From assembly GCA_046052345.1 (NCBI GenBank), contig JBJOMN010000010.1, positions 67,841 to 131,840 on the forward strand: DNA of 64,000 nucleotides, read 5' to 3'. This stretch comes from Bacteroidota bacterium. Lineage in GTDB: Bacteria > Bacteroidota > Bacteroidia > AKYH767-A > 2013-40CM-41-45. Both the position numbers and the translations under genes were made by a program. Position 1 is the stretch's first letter, and each line of letters starts with the position of its first letter. The notes beneath the pieces are model-generated. The model saw only the letters and a list, made by a program, of their open reading frames with translations, searched no databases and was not told the DNA's origin. Positions 18,888 to 29,225 of this stretch are shown here, in pieces.

Positions 18888-19847
18888 ATGGGACTGTTCG
18901 ATTTCTTTTCAAAGGAGAAGAAGGAAAGCCTGGACAAAGGTCTGGAGAAGACCAAGACCGGGATCCTCTCCCGGATCACCAAAGCCGTAGTCGGTAAGTC
19001 CACCGTGGATGCCGATGTGCTCGACGAGCTCGAGGAGATATTGGTCTCCTCCGATGTCGGTGTGAACACCACCCTCAAGATCATCCGCAGGTTGGAGGAA
19101 AGAGTGTCCAAGGACAAATACCTGGGCGCATCGGAGTTGAACCGGCTGCTAAAGGAGGAAGTCGCAGGACTTCTGGCCGAGAACAATACACTGGCGACTA
19201 CCGATTTCAGTCTTCCTTCCGGAATTAAACCTCCCTATGTCATCATGGTCGTGGGTGTCAACGGTGTCGGTAAGACGACTACGATCGGCAAACTCGCCTG
19301 GCAGTTCAGGCAGCACGGTAAGAAAGTCATCCTGGGCGCAGCCGATACCTTCCGTGCCGCTGCCATCGACCAGCTGGACGTATGGTCCAAGAGGGCCGAT
19401 GTTCCTCTCATCCGCCAGGAAATGGGGTCGGATCCTGCATCCGTCGCCTTCGATACGGTGCAATCCGCCGTTGCACAAGGCCTCGATGTGGCCATCATCG
19501 ATACGGCAGGGCGACTGCACAACAAGGTCAACCTGATGAACGAGCTCTCCAAGATCAAACGGGTGATGCAGAAGGTCGTGCCGGATGCTCCTCACGAAAT
19601 CCTGCTGGTCCTGGATGCTTCCACCGGACAGAATGCCGTCGAGCAGGCCCGGCAGTTCACCAAGGCGACGGAGGTGAATGCACTGGCACTTACTAAGCTC
19701 GACGGGACAGCCAAAGGCGGAGTCGTGATCGGTATCTCCGACGAGTTCAGGATTCCCGTCAAATATATCGGTGTAGGCGAGAAGATGGAGGACCTCCAGC
19801 CTTTCAACAAGGAACTCTTTGTCGAATCCCTGTTCGGGGGCAACTGA
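18888..19847 (+). CDS. ftsY: Signal recognition particle receptor FtsY
   Basis: NG domain with the GVNGVGKTTT P-loop, DTAGR, the TKLDGTAKGG motif and a short N-terminal A domain. Confidence 0.9.
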   Translation: MGLFDFFSKEKKESLDKGLEKTKTGILSRITKAVVGKSTVDADVLDELEEILVSSDVGVNTTLKIIRRLEERVSKDKYLGASELNRLLKEEVAGLLAENNTLATTDFSLPSGIKPPYVIMVVGVNGVGKTTTIGKLAWQFRQHGKKVILGAADTFRAAAIDQLDVWSKRADVPLIRQEMGSDPASVAFDTVQSAVAQGLDVAIIDTAGRLHNKVNLMNELSKIKRVMQKVVPDAPHEILLVLDASTGQNAVEQARQFTKATEVNALALTKLDGTAKGGVVIGISDEFRIPVKYIGVGEKMEDLQPFNKELFVESLFGGN

Positions 19848-19854
19848 TTCCGCC

Positions 19855-21180
19855 ATGAGGACCAAGACACTGAAAAAGAACAAGGTGAACGTCATCACCC
19901 TCGGCTGTTCGAAGAATATCTATGATTCCGAGGTACTGATGGGACAGCTTCGTGCCAACCGCTTCGAGGTCGCCCACGAATCCACCGACGACGATGCGGC
20001 CATCGTCATCATCAATACCTGCGGCTTCATCGACAACGCCAAGCAGGAAAGTATCGATACCATCCTCGGCTTCGCTGAAGCGAAGAACGAAGGACGTATC
20101 GACAAGTTGTACGTCACCGGTTGCCTCAGCGAGCGGTACAAGCCCGAACTCCGCAAGGAGATCCCCAACGTGGACGAGTTCTTCGGTACACGGGACCTTC
20201 CCAAACTGCTCAAGACACTCGGCGCCGACTACAAGCACGAACTCATCGGAGAGCGGCTTTTGACGACTCCGCAGCACTTTGCCTATCTCAAGATCGCCGA
20301 AGGGTGCGACCGGCCTTGTTCCTTCTGTGCCATTCCGCTCATGCGCGGGAAGCATGCATCCGTTCCGGCCGATCTGCTGGTGGAACAGACCAAGGGACTT
20401 GCCGCGAAAGGCGTCAAGGAACTCATCCTGATCGCCCAGGACCTCACATACTACGGGCTGGACCTGAACGGCAAACGTGAATTGCCCGAACTTCTTCGCA
20501 GGTTGTCGGATGTTAACGGTATCGAATGGATCCGGCTGCATTATGCCTATCCTTCAGGATTTCCGATGGAAGTGTTCGACGTCATGAATGAACGTTCCAA
20601 TGTCTGCAACTATCTCGACATGCCGTTGCAGCATGTCACCGACAATATGCTAAAGAGCATGCGCCGGGGGACCACCAAACAGAAAACCATCGACCTGGTG
20701 AACAGCATCCGCGACAAGGTGCCCGGCATCACGCTGCGCACCACGCTGATTGCAGGATACCCCGGAGAAACCGAACAGGATTTCGAAGAGCTGCAGGAGT
20801 GGGTGAGGAACACACGTTTCGATCGTCTGGGCATTTTCACCTATTCGCACGAGGAGAATACACATGCCCATACGCTCGAAGATGATGTTCCGGATGAGGT
20901 GAAGAGGGAGCGGGCAGAGGCGGTCATGGCCCTCCAGCAGCAGATCTCCTCTGAAATCAATCAGACAAAGGTGGGCAACACCTACAAGGTATTGTTTGAC
21001 CGAAAAGAAGGGGATTATTTCATAGGTCGCACCGAAGCCGACTCTCCCGAAGTGGATAACGAAGTCCTGGTCGAAGCCGGCAATACATATGTGCGTATCG
21101 GAGATTTCGCCGACGTGACTATTCATCGGGCCGAAGATTTCGATCTTTATGGAGATCCGGTCGACAAGGCGGATCACTGA
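19855..21180 (+). CDS. rimO: Ribosomal protein S12 methylthiotransferase RimO
   Basis: MTTase N-domain (ITLGCSKN...INTCGF...VTGC). Radical SAM CDRPCSFCAIP. A C-terminal TRAM domain. The start is refined to the ATG at 19855. Confidence 0.85.
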   Translation: MRTKTLKKNKVNVITLGCSKNIYDSEVLMGQLRANRFEVAHESTDDDAAIVIINTCGFIDNAKQESIDTILGFAEAKNEGRIDKLYVTGCLSERYKPELRKEIPNVDEFFGTRDLPKLLKTLGADYKHELIGERLLTTPQHFAYLKIAEGCDRPCSFCAIPLMRGKHASVPADLLVEQTKGLAAKGVKELILIAQDLTYYGLDLNGKRELPELLRRLSDVNGIEWIRLHYAYPSGFPMEVFDVMNERSNVCNYLDMPLQHVTDNMLKSMRRGTTKQKTIDLVNSIRDKVPGITLRTTLIAGYPGETEQDFEELQEWVRNTRFDRLGIFTYSHEENTHAHTLEDDVPDEVKRERAEAVMALQQQISSEINQTKVGNTYKVLFDRKEGDYFIGRTEADSPEVDNEVLVEAGNTYVRIGDFADVTIHRAEDFDLYGDPVDKADH

Positions 21181-21195
21181 ACGTATAGCCATCAA

Positions 21196-21240
21196 AGAAA
21201 GAAGGCCGTGGGATTGCTCCTCACGGCCTTCATGATTTTC
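21196..21240. terminator. Putative bidirectional terminator between the convergent rimO and T9SS genes
   Basis: A 10-bp stem gaaggccgtg/cacggccttc with an 11-nt loop. It is A-rich upstream (aaagaaa) and has a weak T tract downstream (atgattttc). Confidence 0.45.
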
Positions 21241-21256
21241 AGCGGATGAGTCTGGG

Positions 21257-22291
21257 TCAGTGCTGTACGGTCATCTTTCCGGAAAGGGTTCCGAAACGGA
21301 ACTGATAGATTCCGTTGGAAAGCGCATCCGTAGAGAACGAAACACGCTGTCCTGAAACGGATACAGGGATCCTGACGGAGCGTCCGTCCATGGATACGAC
21401 CTCCACAGCGGTCACGTCCTGCGGTACAGGGACGGGGAACGAAACGGTGCTATACGCCGGATTCGGATACGGCTGTACCGATGCGCGGCTACCCGCTATT
21501 TCGTCGATGCCTACGTTGGTCGAGTACAGGTAGGAGGCGCCGGTAGCATAGGTGCCTAGACTGTCGCCGGTGACTTCGAGAAGAAAGCTGTTGGTCGTAC
21601 CGGTACGGTAATGACGGAAAGTGGTAGTTTGTGATTGCGAGGTGCTGACGGGAATGAAGATGCCGCTGCCCGCAATCAACTCGGCCTCGATGGTGTTGGT
21701 GGAAAGGTCTGTCGCTCGTACGCGTAAAACGTTGTTGTAATTGCCGGCCGGAGTCGTCAGGCTGCCATAGCCGTCGGCCAGGAAATTCACCTGGGAATTG
21801 ATGGTGATGCGGATATTGGTACCCGCGTTGTTGAAGATGATCTGCAGGCCATTGTTGTTCGTACGCGTATCGTTGTAAGTGAAAGGAACCGGGCAGAACA
21901 GGGAAGTCGGATTGAAAGTGACAGGTCCGAAAGTCGGATCATAGGCGCCGTTGAGATAGATACCGGAACTGTTGGTCGAGAAATAGGTCCATCCGCCGGA
22001 AGCGGCATCGTAGGAGGCAAGATTGGCGCCGGGAAAATCCCCTGCATACGGGGTTCCGACGGCCGACTGGAAGACCACGGTATCGGTTCCATGGTTCTGC
22101 AGCCCGGAGTAGTTCCAGTTGGCATTGGCACCACCGGGAAGAATGGCTGACAAGTAAGTCGTGTCATTGGCCGTGATCCAGGCCGTGCCTGCGACCGGAA
22201 GTTCAGAAGTGGTGATGGTAGGCTGGGCCATGGCCGTCAAGGAAAGGCACGAAAGGGTCACCAACGAAAGACAGGTAGATTTTAATTTCAT
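21257..22291 (-). CDS. Secreted T9SS C-terminal sorting domain protein, hypothetical
   Basis: Signal peptide. Gly/Asn/Thr-rich beta-rich body. A C-terminal ~80 aa with the PNPA...GIYQFRF...GKM signature of the T9SS type A sorting domain. Confidence 0.65.
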   Translation of the reverse strand: MKLKSTCLSLVTLSCLSLTAMAQPTITTSELPVAGTAWITANDTTYLSAILPGGANANWNYSGLQNHGTDTVVFQSAVGTPYAGDFPGANLASYDAASGGWTYFSTNSSGIYLNGAYDPTFGPVTFNPTSLFCPVPFTYNDTRTNNNGLQIIFNNAGTNIRITINSQVNFLADGYGSLTTPAGNYNNVLRVRATDLSTNTIEAELIAGSGIFIPVSTSQSQTTTFRHYRTGTTNSFLLEVTGDSLGTYATGASYLYSTNVGIDEIAGSRASVQPYPNPAYSTVSFPVPVPQDVTAVEVVSMDGRSVRIPVSVSGQRVSFSTDALSNGIYQFRFGTLSGKMTVQH

Positions 22292-22328
22292 GGTAATGGA
22301 GGGTTTTAGTGGATATTGGTGAAAGATG

Positions 22329-22994
22329 TTATCGAAGATCGATGACTTCTGCGCCGGGATATTTTGCGGCGGAGAAGACGTATATGGATTCGTCGGAAGC
22401 GCCGTCCGGCATGAACTTATCCATGGTGATGGTTTGGGTGCTTCCGTTCTTGTCGTACATCACTGCGCTTACTATGGACTTGTCGGCCTTGTTGATCGAA
22501 AGCTTGACTTTGAAGATGTTCTTCTTTTTGGGATCGACTGGAACCAATTCGACATGCTGCAAGGTCCGGGTACCCTCTTTGGTCTCGCCCATGAAACGGG
22601 AATTCCAACCCTTCTCGTACATCGTGAAGATATTGGTCGGAGAGATGCCGTTCTCATCCGTCCGCTGCACATCTATCTGCACTTCGTTGGCATCTTTGAC
22701 ATAGGTCCATCGCGTCTTGCCGTCGGAAATCACTTCTTGCCCCGCCACTTCGAGTTTGTATTTGGAACCTTTTAGATACAATGTCCCCTTTTCAACGGTT
22801 TTTGATTTGTCTTTCGGATTCGCAACCGTGATCGTGAAGGCGGCCTTCACCGATTTGTAGGACTTGTAACGCGTACTGACACCGTTCAGGATATCCTGCC
22901 CTTTTTTATCGGCAGGAGGAGGCTGGGTGAAAGCGGTGGTTGAAAAGAGGCTGCTAACCACTAACAGGGTGGCAAATCTGTTCAGAAGAGTCAT
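22329..22994 (-). CDS. lolA: Outer-membrane lipoprotein carrier protein LolA-like
   Basis: Signal peptide plus the LolA-fold pattern (FTITVANPKD...KGTLYLKGSKYKLEV...). It sits adjacent to lolD on the same strand. Confidence 0.65.
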   Translation of the reverse strand: MTLLNRFATLLVVSSLFSTTAFTQPPPADKKGQDILNGVSTRYKSYKSVKAAFTITVANPKDKSKTVEKGTLYLKGSKYKLEVAGQEVISDGKTRWTYVKDANEVQIDVQRTDENGISPTNIFTMYEKGWNSRFMGETKEGTRTLQHVELVPVDPKKKNIFKVKLSINKADKSIVSAVMYDKNGSTQTITMDKFMPDGASDESIYVFSAAKYPGAEVIDLR

Positions 22995-23150
22995 AAAGGG
23001 CCGAAGGATGGTTAGAGGGTACGAAGTTAGAGTTATTCAAGGAGATGCAAAAAACAGGCCAGAATCCGGCTGAGGGGTTTTTAATCTGCGGCCCACCGGA
23101 AATCCCCGGAAAAACAGATCGTATAAAACAGAAAATCAGCTACTTATGAA

Positions 23151-23810
23151 TTATTTGCTTTGCAAAAGGATGCCATCCTTCATGGTCAAAGTCCGGTCGG
23201 CCATTTCCGCGAGCTCCAGGTTATGTGTCACAATGACAAAAGTGACCTTCTGTTTTTCCCGCACGGAAAAGAAAAGTTCATGCAGGGAACGGGCTGCGGA
23301 TGAATCAAGGTTCCCGGAAGGTTCATCGGCAAAGACCACCGCGGGGTCGTTGACCAGCGCCCGCGCCACGGCCACACGTTGCTGCTCACCGCCGCTGAGT
23401 TCGGATGGCCGGTGTGTCGCTCTCCCGGAGAGCCCGAGCTGTTCCAAAAGCTGCAGACCTTTTTTTTCAGCTTGCGCTTTGGGAACATGGCCGACGAGTG
23501 CAGGAAGCATCACGTTCTCCAGTGCGGTGAATTCAGGTAGCAGATGATGCGACTGGAATACGAATCCCAGATGCCTGTTGCGGAACTTTGCCAGTGCGGA
23601 ACCTTTCAGATCCGACACGTCCGTTCCTGCGATGCTGATGCTGCCGCTGTCTGTACTGTCCAACGTCCCCAGAATGTGGAGAAGTGTGCTCTTTCCCGCC
23701 CCGGACGCGCCGACAATGGAAACCACTTCGGAAGCGGCTATGGAGATATCAACGCCGCGAAGCACCTGCAACGGGCCGTATGATTTTCGAATGCCGGACG
23801 CAGTTATCAT
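23151..23810 (-). CDS. lolD: Lipoprotein-releasing ABC transporter ATP-binding protein LolD-like
   Basis: Walker A GASGAGKST, Q-loop, ABC signature LSGGEQQRVAVARAL, Walker B VVFADEP, and an H-loop. Confidence 0.75.
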   Translation of the reverse strand: MITASGIRKSYGPLQVLRGVDISIAASEVVSIVGASGAGKSTLLHILGTLDSTDSGSISIAGTDVSDLKGSALAKFRNRHLGFVFQSHHLLPEFTALENVMLPALVGHVPKAQAEKKGLQLLEQLGLSGRATHRPSELSGGEQQRVAVARALVNDPAVVFADEPSGNLDSSAARSLHELFFSVREKQKVTFVIVTHNLELAEMADRTLTMKDGILLQSK

Positions 23811-23872
23811 TTTACGAGGGTTTGTGGAAGACGAAGGTAGGGAATGGAGTCGCTAAGGTACGATTAGGTTCA

Positions 23873-26326
23873 TCACCTCTTCCGGTGAGTCACTCTTTCA
23901 TAGTCCAGGAAGTAGAGGGCCTTGATGACTACGATGTCGCGCTGAGGTGCACCGAGTGTTCCCCGGAGGTTCTCCGCATAACCTCCGGTTATGTCGCTAT
24001 CCTCGGCCGAAACCTGTCCCTTATAGGTTATCAGCAGTGAACTCCCGGGCGAAAACACCCAGTTGAAGACCATGTCCACATTGAAATAGTTGGTATTGAA
24101 GTCCGTGTTGAACGGCTGAGCGCCTGTCGGTGCAGGGTAGTCCGTAAGGCTGCCGTCCTCCGCCAGATTGTAATACGCGTCGTACCGACCCTGCGACCAG
24201 TAATGGCGTATGCGCAGGGCGAGGGACATGTTTGGACTGAACTGATAGCGGGAGGTCAGCAGATTTGTCAACGTGGTCACATCCCGGCGACCGAACACCG
24301 GAGATCCAGCTGTGTCGAACGTACAGTATCCTCTTTCATTGTTCGTGCTGTTGTAATCGCTGCGCACGCTGAACGAAAGATGGTCGTTGATCCTGACCAT
24401 CGGTTCGATGAACCCGCCTGCGGAGTGGGATTGGAAACTCGGTACACGGTTGGCATAGAAGCCGTAGTTGAAGGAAAGCGGCTTATTGTAGTTGGTGGAA
24501 AAGTCCGTGAATATGCCCATAGCTACAGGTGACTTGAAAAAGCGTCCTTGCACCCGTGGCTCGAACCAGTCGCGTCCTTCGGTAAGGGAGGAATACAGGT
24601 TTGCGAAATACGACCAGTTATCGTTGTCCAGCAAGAACACGTTCATGCCCGCGGACAGGGAAGTCAGCTCGTTGTTGCGGCTGAGCCTGCCGGTACGGTC
24701 GATGTAGGCACCTGCAGATCCTTGCCGGAAGGTGTTCAGGAACGGACGATAGAGGTTATACCCGCAATAGGCGTTGGCCTCGTAATAGTCGTTGAAGAAG
24801 TTATAACCCAGATCGTTCTTGTCATAGTCCCGGGTAGCCGCCTCATGATAAGTGCCGAACTGGAAATTACCGCTGATCTTGTCGAAATTGACGGAACCTG
24901 TCCGTCCTGTTTTCCATTGATATCCTCCCGTATCTACCGGAGATTTCACATGGCTCTCCCCGTAACTTCCTTTCAGGCGGTAGTTGTGCTTGCGGTCTTC
25001 GACCTGCCAGCCGCCCGAAAACACGTCGGCATCGCGCCAGGCTCCTTCCCGGACGGTGGCGGTGTTGACGAACCAGATACGGGCGTTGTTCTTGAGCTGC
25101 TGGTCGAGTACGAGCACGGAATAGTCCGTGGCCGGCTCCGTGAGCAGACTGCGTGACGCCCCTTCGGTATTTTTGACTGTTGCAAAGGTGTTGCCCGTCA
25201 CCGCATTCATCAGTCCGATACCCAGTCCGCCGTCGGTACGACCGCTGATCTTGGTGGCGTTCAACAGATGCGCCGTTCCGGGATTCTTTTCAATGAATTC
25301 CGTAGAGTCGGTCATGCCGCTGACGGAATAAAACAGGGAAGGAGTTCGCCCGATTCTTCTGGAGTAGAAGAGTCCCCCGGTCTCAAAGAGAGAGACTCCT
25401 TCTTTGAAGAAAGGTCGGTACTCCTGGAAAATCTGTTCGAAAGCGGTTAGGTTCTTAATCTTATTGTCGCTTTGCACCTGGCTGAAATCCGGCAACAGGG
25501 TCATGTCCACCGTGAAGCTTTCATTCAGTCCCAGCTTGAGGTCCGCTCCGCCGCTGTACGAATAGGAGTTTTCGTACCGTAACAGTTTTCCGTTGTCTGT
25601 CACCGGCGCGTTTTCGTCGACAAACGACAGGTAAGGTGTGAGCGAAAGCCTGACCGGCGGATCGATTCCGGAAATCCCGGTCATGGTGCCCCAGTCCAGC
25701 AGAGGATTCTGGATATCACGGCGTACTGGACTCCATTGATCGTATTCGCGGTTCCTACGTATCAGTCGCGCAAACTGCAAGCCCCAGACCTGTTCGGGAA
25801 TGGAGGGAAATCGGATCTGCGAATAAGGGATGCGCATTTCCAAACTCCATCCGGAATCCGTCAGCTGGACGGCGCTCTCCCAGACGGCATCGAACGAGAA
25901 GTCCTCATTAAAGGACTCGGACTGTACTCCCGATGCGGAGAGGTTGAAGACGTAGCCTTCCTGCCGCCGGTTGTAGGTGTCGAACCCGACTCGGAACTGG
26001 TCGGCATTGACCGAGAAAAGGTTGTCCCTGTCGCTGAGTTGGTGCAGGATGCTGTCGGGTGCGGTGTCGTAGAGCATCGCCCCGATATAAATGGAGTTGT
26101 CATCGTACAGTATCCGCACTACGGACTTTTGCGACACCGGAGCTCCCTGCACCGGTTCGTTCTGGATGAAATCCACAGCTGTTTCAGCGGATATCCAGAC
26201 CGTATCATTCAGGCTTCCGTCGATGCGAACAGGTCCGTTCGCCCGAATTGCCGTATAGGTGCGTTCGGATCCGAACGCCGATACCGCTGTAAAAAGGAGC
26301 CCAATAAAAGCCGGATAAGTGCGCAT
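23873..26326 (-). CDS. Secreted DUF5916 / CBM9-like domain protein (putative carbohydrate-binding hydrolase-associated protein)
   Basis: Signal peptide MRTYPAFIGLLFTAVSAFG. N-terminal IRANGPVRIDGSLNDTVWISAETAVDF resembling CBM9-like modules. A large beta-rich C-terminus. The start is refined to M56 (cat at 26324-26326). Confidence 0.5.
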   Translation of the reverse strand: MRTYPAFIGLLFTAVSAFGSERTYTAIRANGPVRIDGSLNDTVWISAETAVDFIQNEPVQGAPVSQKSVVRILYDDNSIYIGAMLYDTAPDSILHQLSDRDNLFSVNADQFRVGFDTYNRRQEGYVFNLSASGVQSESFNEDFSFDAVWESAVQLTDSGWSLEMRIPYSQIRFPSIPEQVWGLQFARLIRRNREYDQWSPVRRDIQNPLLDWGTMTGISGIDPPVRLSLTPYLSFVDENAPVTDNGKLLRYENSYSYSGGADLKLGLNESFTVDMTLLPDFSQVQSDNKIKNLTAFEQIFQEYRPFFKEGVSLFETGGLFYSRRIGRTPSLFYSVSGMTDSTEFIEKNPGTAHLLNATKISGRTDGGLGIGLMNAVTGNTFATVKNTEGASRSLLTEPATDYSVLVLDQQLKNNARIWFVNTATVREGAWRDADVFSGGWQVEDRKHNYRLKGSYGESHVKSPVDTGGYQWKTGRTGSVNFDKISGNFQFGTYHEAATRDYDKNDLGYNFFNDYYEANAYCGYNLYRPFLNTFRQGSAGAYIDRTGRLSRNNELTSLSAGMNVFLLDNDNWSYFANLYSSLTEGRDWFEPRVQGRFFKSPVAMGIFTDFSTNYNKPLSFNYGFYANRVPSFQSHSAGGFIEPMVRINDHLSFSVRSDYNSTNNERGYCTFDTAGSPVFGRRDVTTLTNLLTSRYQFSPNMSLALRIRHYWSQGRYDAYYNLAEDGSLTDYPAPTGAQPFNTDFNTNYFNVDMVFNWVFSPGSSLLITYKGQVSAEDSDITGGYAENLRGTLGAPQRDIVVIKALYFLDYERVTHRKR

Positions 26327-26444
26327 GTAAGTTGCGCTAAATATAGCTACTGGAACACTGATGAGGTTGGCTGAAAGTATCGTAAAATTTCGGGGATGTG
26401 TTGATAAGGAACGCTGTTTGATCCGATGGTACATGTAACTTCGT

Positions 26445-26978
26445 TTGCACAACCCGTCCGTTATGAAAGCTCCTTCCGAGGAATCCCTCAATGACTATTA
26501 CCGTTCCTATTACCGGTACCTTGTCACCGGAGATCTGCTGAAGGACCTCAGTGGCCAGATGAATACCATTTCCGGGCTGCTCGCCGTTCCCTCGGAGCGC
26601 GAAGGGTATGCGTATGCACCCGGGAAATGGGATGTCCGGACGGTAGTCGGTCACTTGGTCGATACGGAACGCATCTTCAGTTACCGTATTCTTTGCCTTG
26701 CCCGACGTGATACCACGCCGCTTCCGGGGTTCGATGAGAACGTTTACGCCATCAATGCCGGTCACGGTTCAGTTCCATTGTCCCGGTTGGTGAACGAATG
26801 GACGACTGTGCGTCTTGCCCTCATGGTGCTACTGGACAGTCTTGACGATGAAGCGCTTGATTTCGGGGGTACGGCGAACGGAAAACCGGTAACAGCCCGT
26901 CAACTTGTCTTTATGGTTTTCGCACATGCCGCCCATCATCTGCAGGTCCTCAGGGACCGGTACGGACTGACCCTATGA
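26445..26978 (+). CDS. DinB/YfiT-like (DinB_2) family protein
   Basis: A four-helix-bundle metalloprotein pattern with conserved His (GHLVDTERIF...FAHAAHHLQ). Confidence 0.55.
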   Translation: MHNPSVMKAPSEESLNDYYRSYYRYLVTGDLLKDLSGQMNTISGLLAVPSEREGYAYAPGKWDVRTVVGHLVDTERIFSYRILCLARRDTTPLPGFDENVYAINAGHGSVPLSRLVNEWTTVRLALMVLLDSLDDEALDFGGTANGKPVTARQLVFMVFAHAAHHLQVLRDRYGLTL

Positions 26979-27024
26979 CGCCCTCCGGAAGCCATCATTT
27001 TTTTACACCGGCCGTCTCAAGGCC

Positions 27025-27044
27025 TTGTAAAATCCCTACTTTTG
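27025..27044 (+). promoter_or_regulatory. Putative Bacteroidetes -7 box (TACTTTTG) upstream of sucC
   Basis: TACTTTTG at 27037-27044 matches TAnnTTTG, about 45 nt upstream of the sucC ATG. The -33 element is weak. Confidence 0.35.
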
Positions 27045-27088
27045 CCCATCCTTAAAATCAAGGAAATCCGCCTAAAAAACCATTTTTT

Positions 27089-28288
27089 ATGAACATCCAC
27101 GAATATCAGGGTAAAGAGATCTTAAAATCCTTCGGGGTAGGAATTCAGGAGGGTATTGTAGCGGACACTCCGGAACAGGCCGTCAGCGCCGCTCAGGAAC
27201 TGTCGAAACAGACCGGTACACAGTGGTGGGTGGTCAAGGCCCAGATCCATGCCGGCGGCAGGGGCAAGGGAGGCGGCGTCAAGCTGGCGAAGACCCTCGA
27301 TGAAGTAAAGGAGAAATCCACAGCCATCATCGGGATGAACCTGGTGACTCCTCAGACGGGTCCTCAGGGAAAGCTTGTCAATAAAGTGCTGATCGCCCAG
27401 GACGTTTATTATCCCGGTCCCAACCCGACCAAGGAATTCTATATGAGCGTCCTGCTCAACCGTCAGACCGGACGGAACATCATCATGTATTCCACGGAAG
27501 GTGGAATGGACATTGAAGAGGTTGCCGCTAAGACGCCTCACCTTATCTTCAAGGAAGAAGTCGATCCCGGTGTAGGGCTTCAGCCTTTCCAGACCCGCAA
27601 AATCGCCTTCAACCTCGGCCTGAGCGGAGAAGCTTTCAAGCAGATGACCCGCTTCGTGGCCTCCCTGTACAAGGCATATGATGCCATCGACGCCTCCATG
27701 TTCGAGATCAACCCTGTGCTGAAGACCTCCGACGACAAGATCATCGCGGTCGATGCGAAGGTGAATTTCGACGACAACGGACTTATCCGTCACCCGCATT
27801 ATATGGCTATGCGCGATGTCACCGAGGAAGATCCGACCGAAGTGGAAGCCGGAGAACATAATCTCAACTACGTGAAGCTCGACGGCAACGTAGGCTGCAT
27901 GGTGAACGGAGCCGGATTGGCCATGGCCACCATGGACATGATCAAGCTTTCCGGCGGCGAGCCAGCCAACTTCCTGGACGTGGGAGGAACGGCCAATGCC
28001 GCCCGCGTGGAGCAGGCTTTCAGGATCATCCTGAAGGACCCTAACGTGAAAGCGATCCTGGTGAACATCTTCGGCGGCATCGTACGCTGCGACCGTGTCG
28101 CTCAGGGTATCGTGGATGCTTACAAGAACATCGGTGAAATACCCGTGCCGATCATTGTGCGTTTGCAGGGTACGAATGCCAAGGAGGCTCAGGCGATCAT
28201 TGAAGGTTCGGGGCTCAAGGTTTTCTCGGCGATTGAACTCAAAGAGGCTGCCGACCTGGTCAACAAAGTCCTGAAAGGAGGGAAGTGA
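27089..28288 (+). CDS. sucC: Succinyl-CoA synthetase beta subunit
   Basis: [17 protein letters not shown]..., an ATP-grasp domain, and a C-terminal CoA-ligase domain ([18 protein letters not shown]). Confidence 0.9.
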   Translation: MNIHEYQGKEILKSFGVGIQEGIVADTPEQAVSAAQELSKQTGTQWWVVKAQIHAGGRGKGGGVKLAKTLDEVKEKSTAIIGMNLVTPQTGPQGKLVNKVLIAQDVYYPGPNPTKEFYMSVLLNRQTGRNIIMYSTEGGMDIEEVAAKTPHLIFKEEVDPGVGLQPFQTRKIAFNLGLSGEAFKQMTRFVASLYKAYDAIDASMFEINPVLKTSDDKIIAVDAKVNFDDNGLIRHPHYMAMRDVTEEDPTEVEAGEHNLNYVKLDGNVGCMVNGAGLAMATMDMIKLSGGEPANFLDVGGTANAARVEQAFRIILKDPNVKAILVNIFGGIVRCDRVAQGIVDAYKNIGEIPVPIIVRLQGTNAKEAQAIIEGSGLKVFSAIELKEAADLVNKVLKGGK

Positions 28289-29184
28289 CCGCAATGGACG
28301 TACTTTCCAACGAAGAAGGTTTCCTGGCCCTGCCGGAAGCGGAACTTACCGCCTATGCGAATGCACGTTATGTCATTCAGCAGGTGCCTTACGAACATAC
28401 CTCCTCTTACCTCGAAGGATCCGCCAAAGGTCCTGCTGCCATCGTGAAGGCTTCCCATTTCGTCGAGTTCTATGACGAGGAGCTTGACCGGGAAACCTAC
28501 CGTTCTTGCGGTATCGCCACCCTTCCTGAAATGCAGTTCGCCGGCAAGGTGGATGCAGATGCCGTTGCGCTCATCGAGGCCGAGACGGACAAGCTTCTGG
28601 CGGACGGGAAATTCGTCATCTCGCTCGGAGCGGAGCACACGGTCACCAACGGTTTCGTGAAAGCTCATGCGAAGAAGTTCAAGAACCTTTCGGTATTGCA
28701 GATCGATGCCCACTCGGATCTCCGCATGGAGTATCACGGCAATCCTTATTCGCACGCTTCCGTCATGGCCCGGGTACACGAGCAGGGTATCAACCTCGTA
28801 CAAATAGGCATCCGTGCCCAGTGCAAGGAGGAAGCCGACCTGATCCGCTCCGGCGATAGGATCCATACGTACTATGCCCATGCCATCCGTAAGGACAGCG
28901 GCTGGATGGATAAGGCGCTGAACGATCTGACCGACAACGTCTATATCACTATCGATGCCGACGGGTTCGACCCCTCCATCATGCCGGCAGTCGGTACCGC
29001 CGAGCCGAACGGTCTGTTTTGGGTCGAAACACTTGAATTCCTGCGGAAAGTATTTGAAAAACGTACTGTGGTCGGTTTCGACATTGTCGAATGCGCTCCC
29101 ATCGAGGGCAGCATCCTTTCCGAGTACACCCTGGCCAAGCTGACTTACCGCATGATCGGCTATGCGGAAAGTCATCGACGCTGA
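28285..29184 (+). CDS. speB: Agmatinase / arginase-family ureohydrolase
   Basis: Binuclear Mn motifs GAEHTVT, QIDAHSDL, TIDADGFDP and SGGL-like regions. There is a 4-nt overlap with the sucC stop. Confidence 0.7.
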   Translation: MTAMDVLSNEEGFLALPEAELTAYANARYVIQQVPYEHTSSYLEGSAKGPAAIVKASHFVEFYDEELDRETYRSCGIATLPEMQFAGKVDADAVALIEAETDKLLADGKFVISLGAEHTVTNGFVKAHAKKFKNLSVLQIDAHSDLRMEYHGNPYSHASVMARVHEQGINLVQIGIRAQCKEEADLIRSGDRIHTYYAHAIRKDSGWMDKALNDLTDNVYITIDADGFDPSIMPAVGTAEPNGLFWVETLEFLRKVFEKRTVVGFDIVECAPIEGSILSEYTLAKLTYRMIGYAESHRR

Positions 29185-29225
29185 AAATCTGCTGCCATAG
29201 CTTCATTGATTAAATGAAATAGGCT

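Noticed and set aside
23873-26491. N-terminal 55-aa extension of the DUF5916 ORF (MRDSSEGAF...).
   Set aside because: The extension precedes a clear signal peptide (MRTYPAFIGLLF...) and overlaps the divergent dinB promoter region, so the internal ATG at 26326 is the likelier start.
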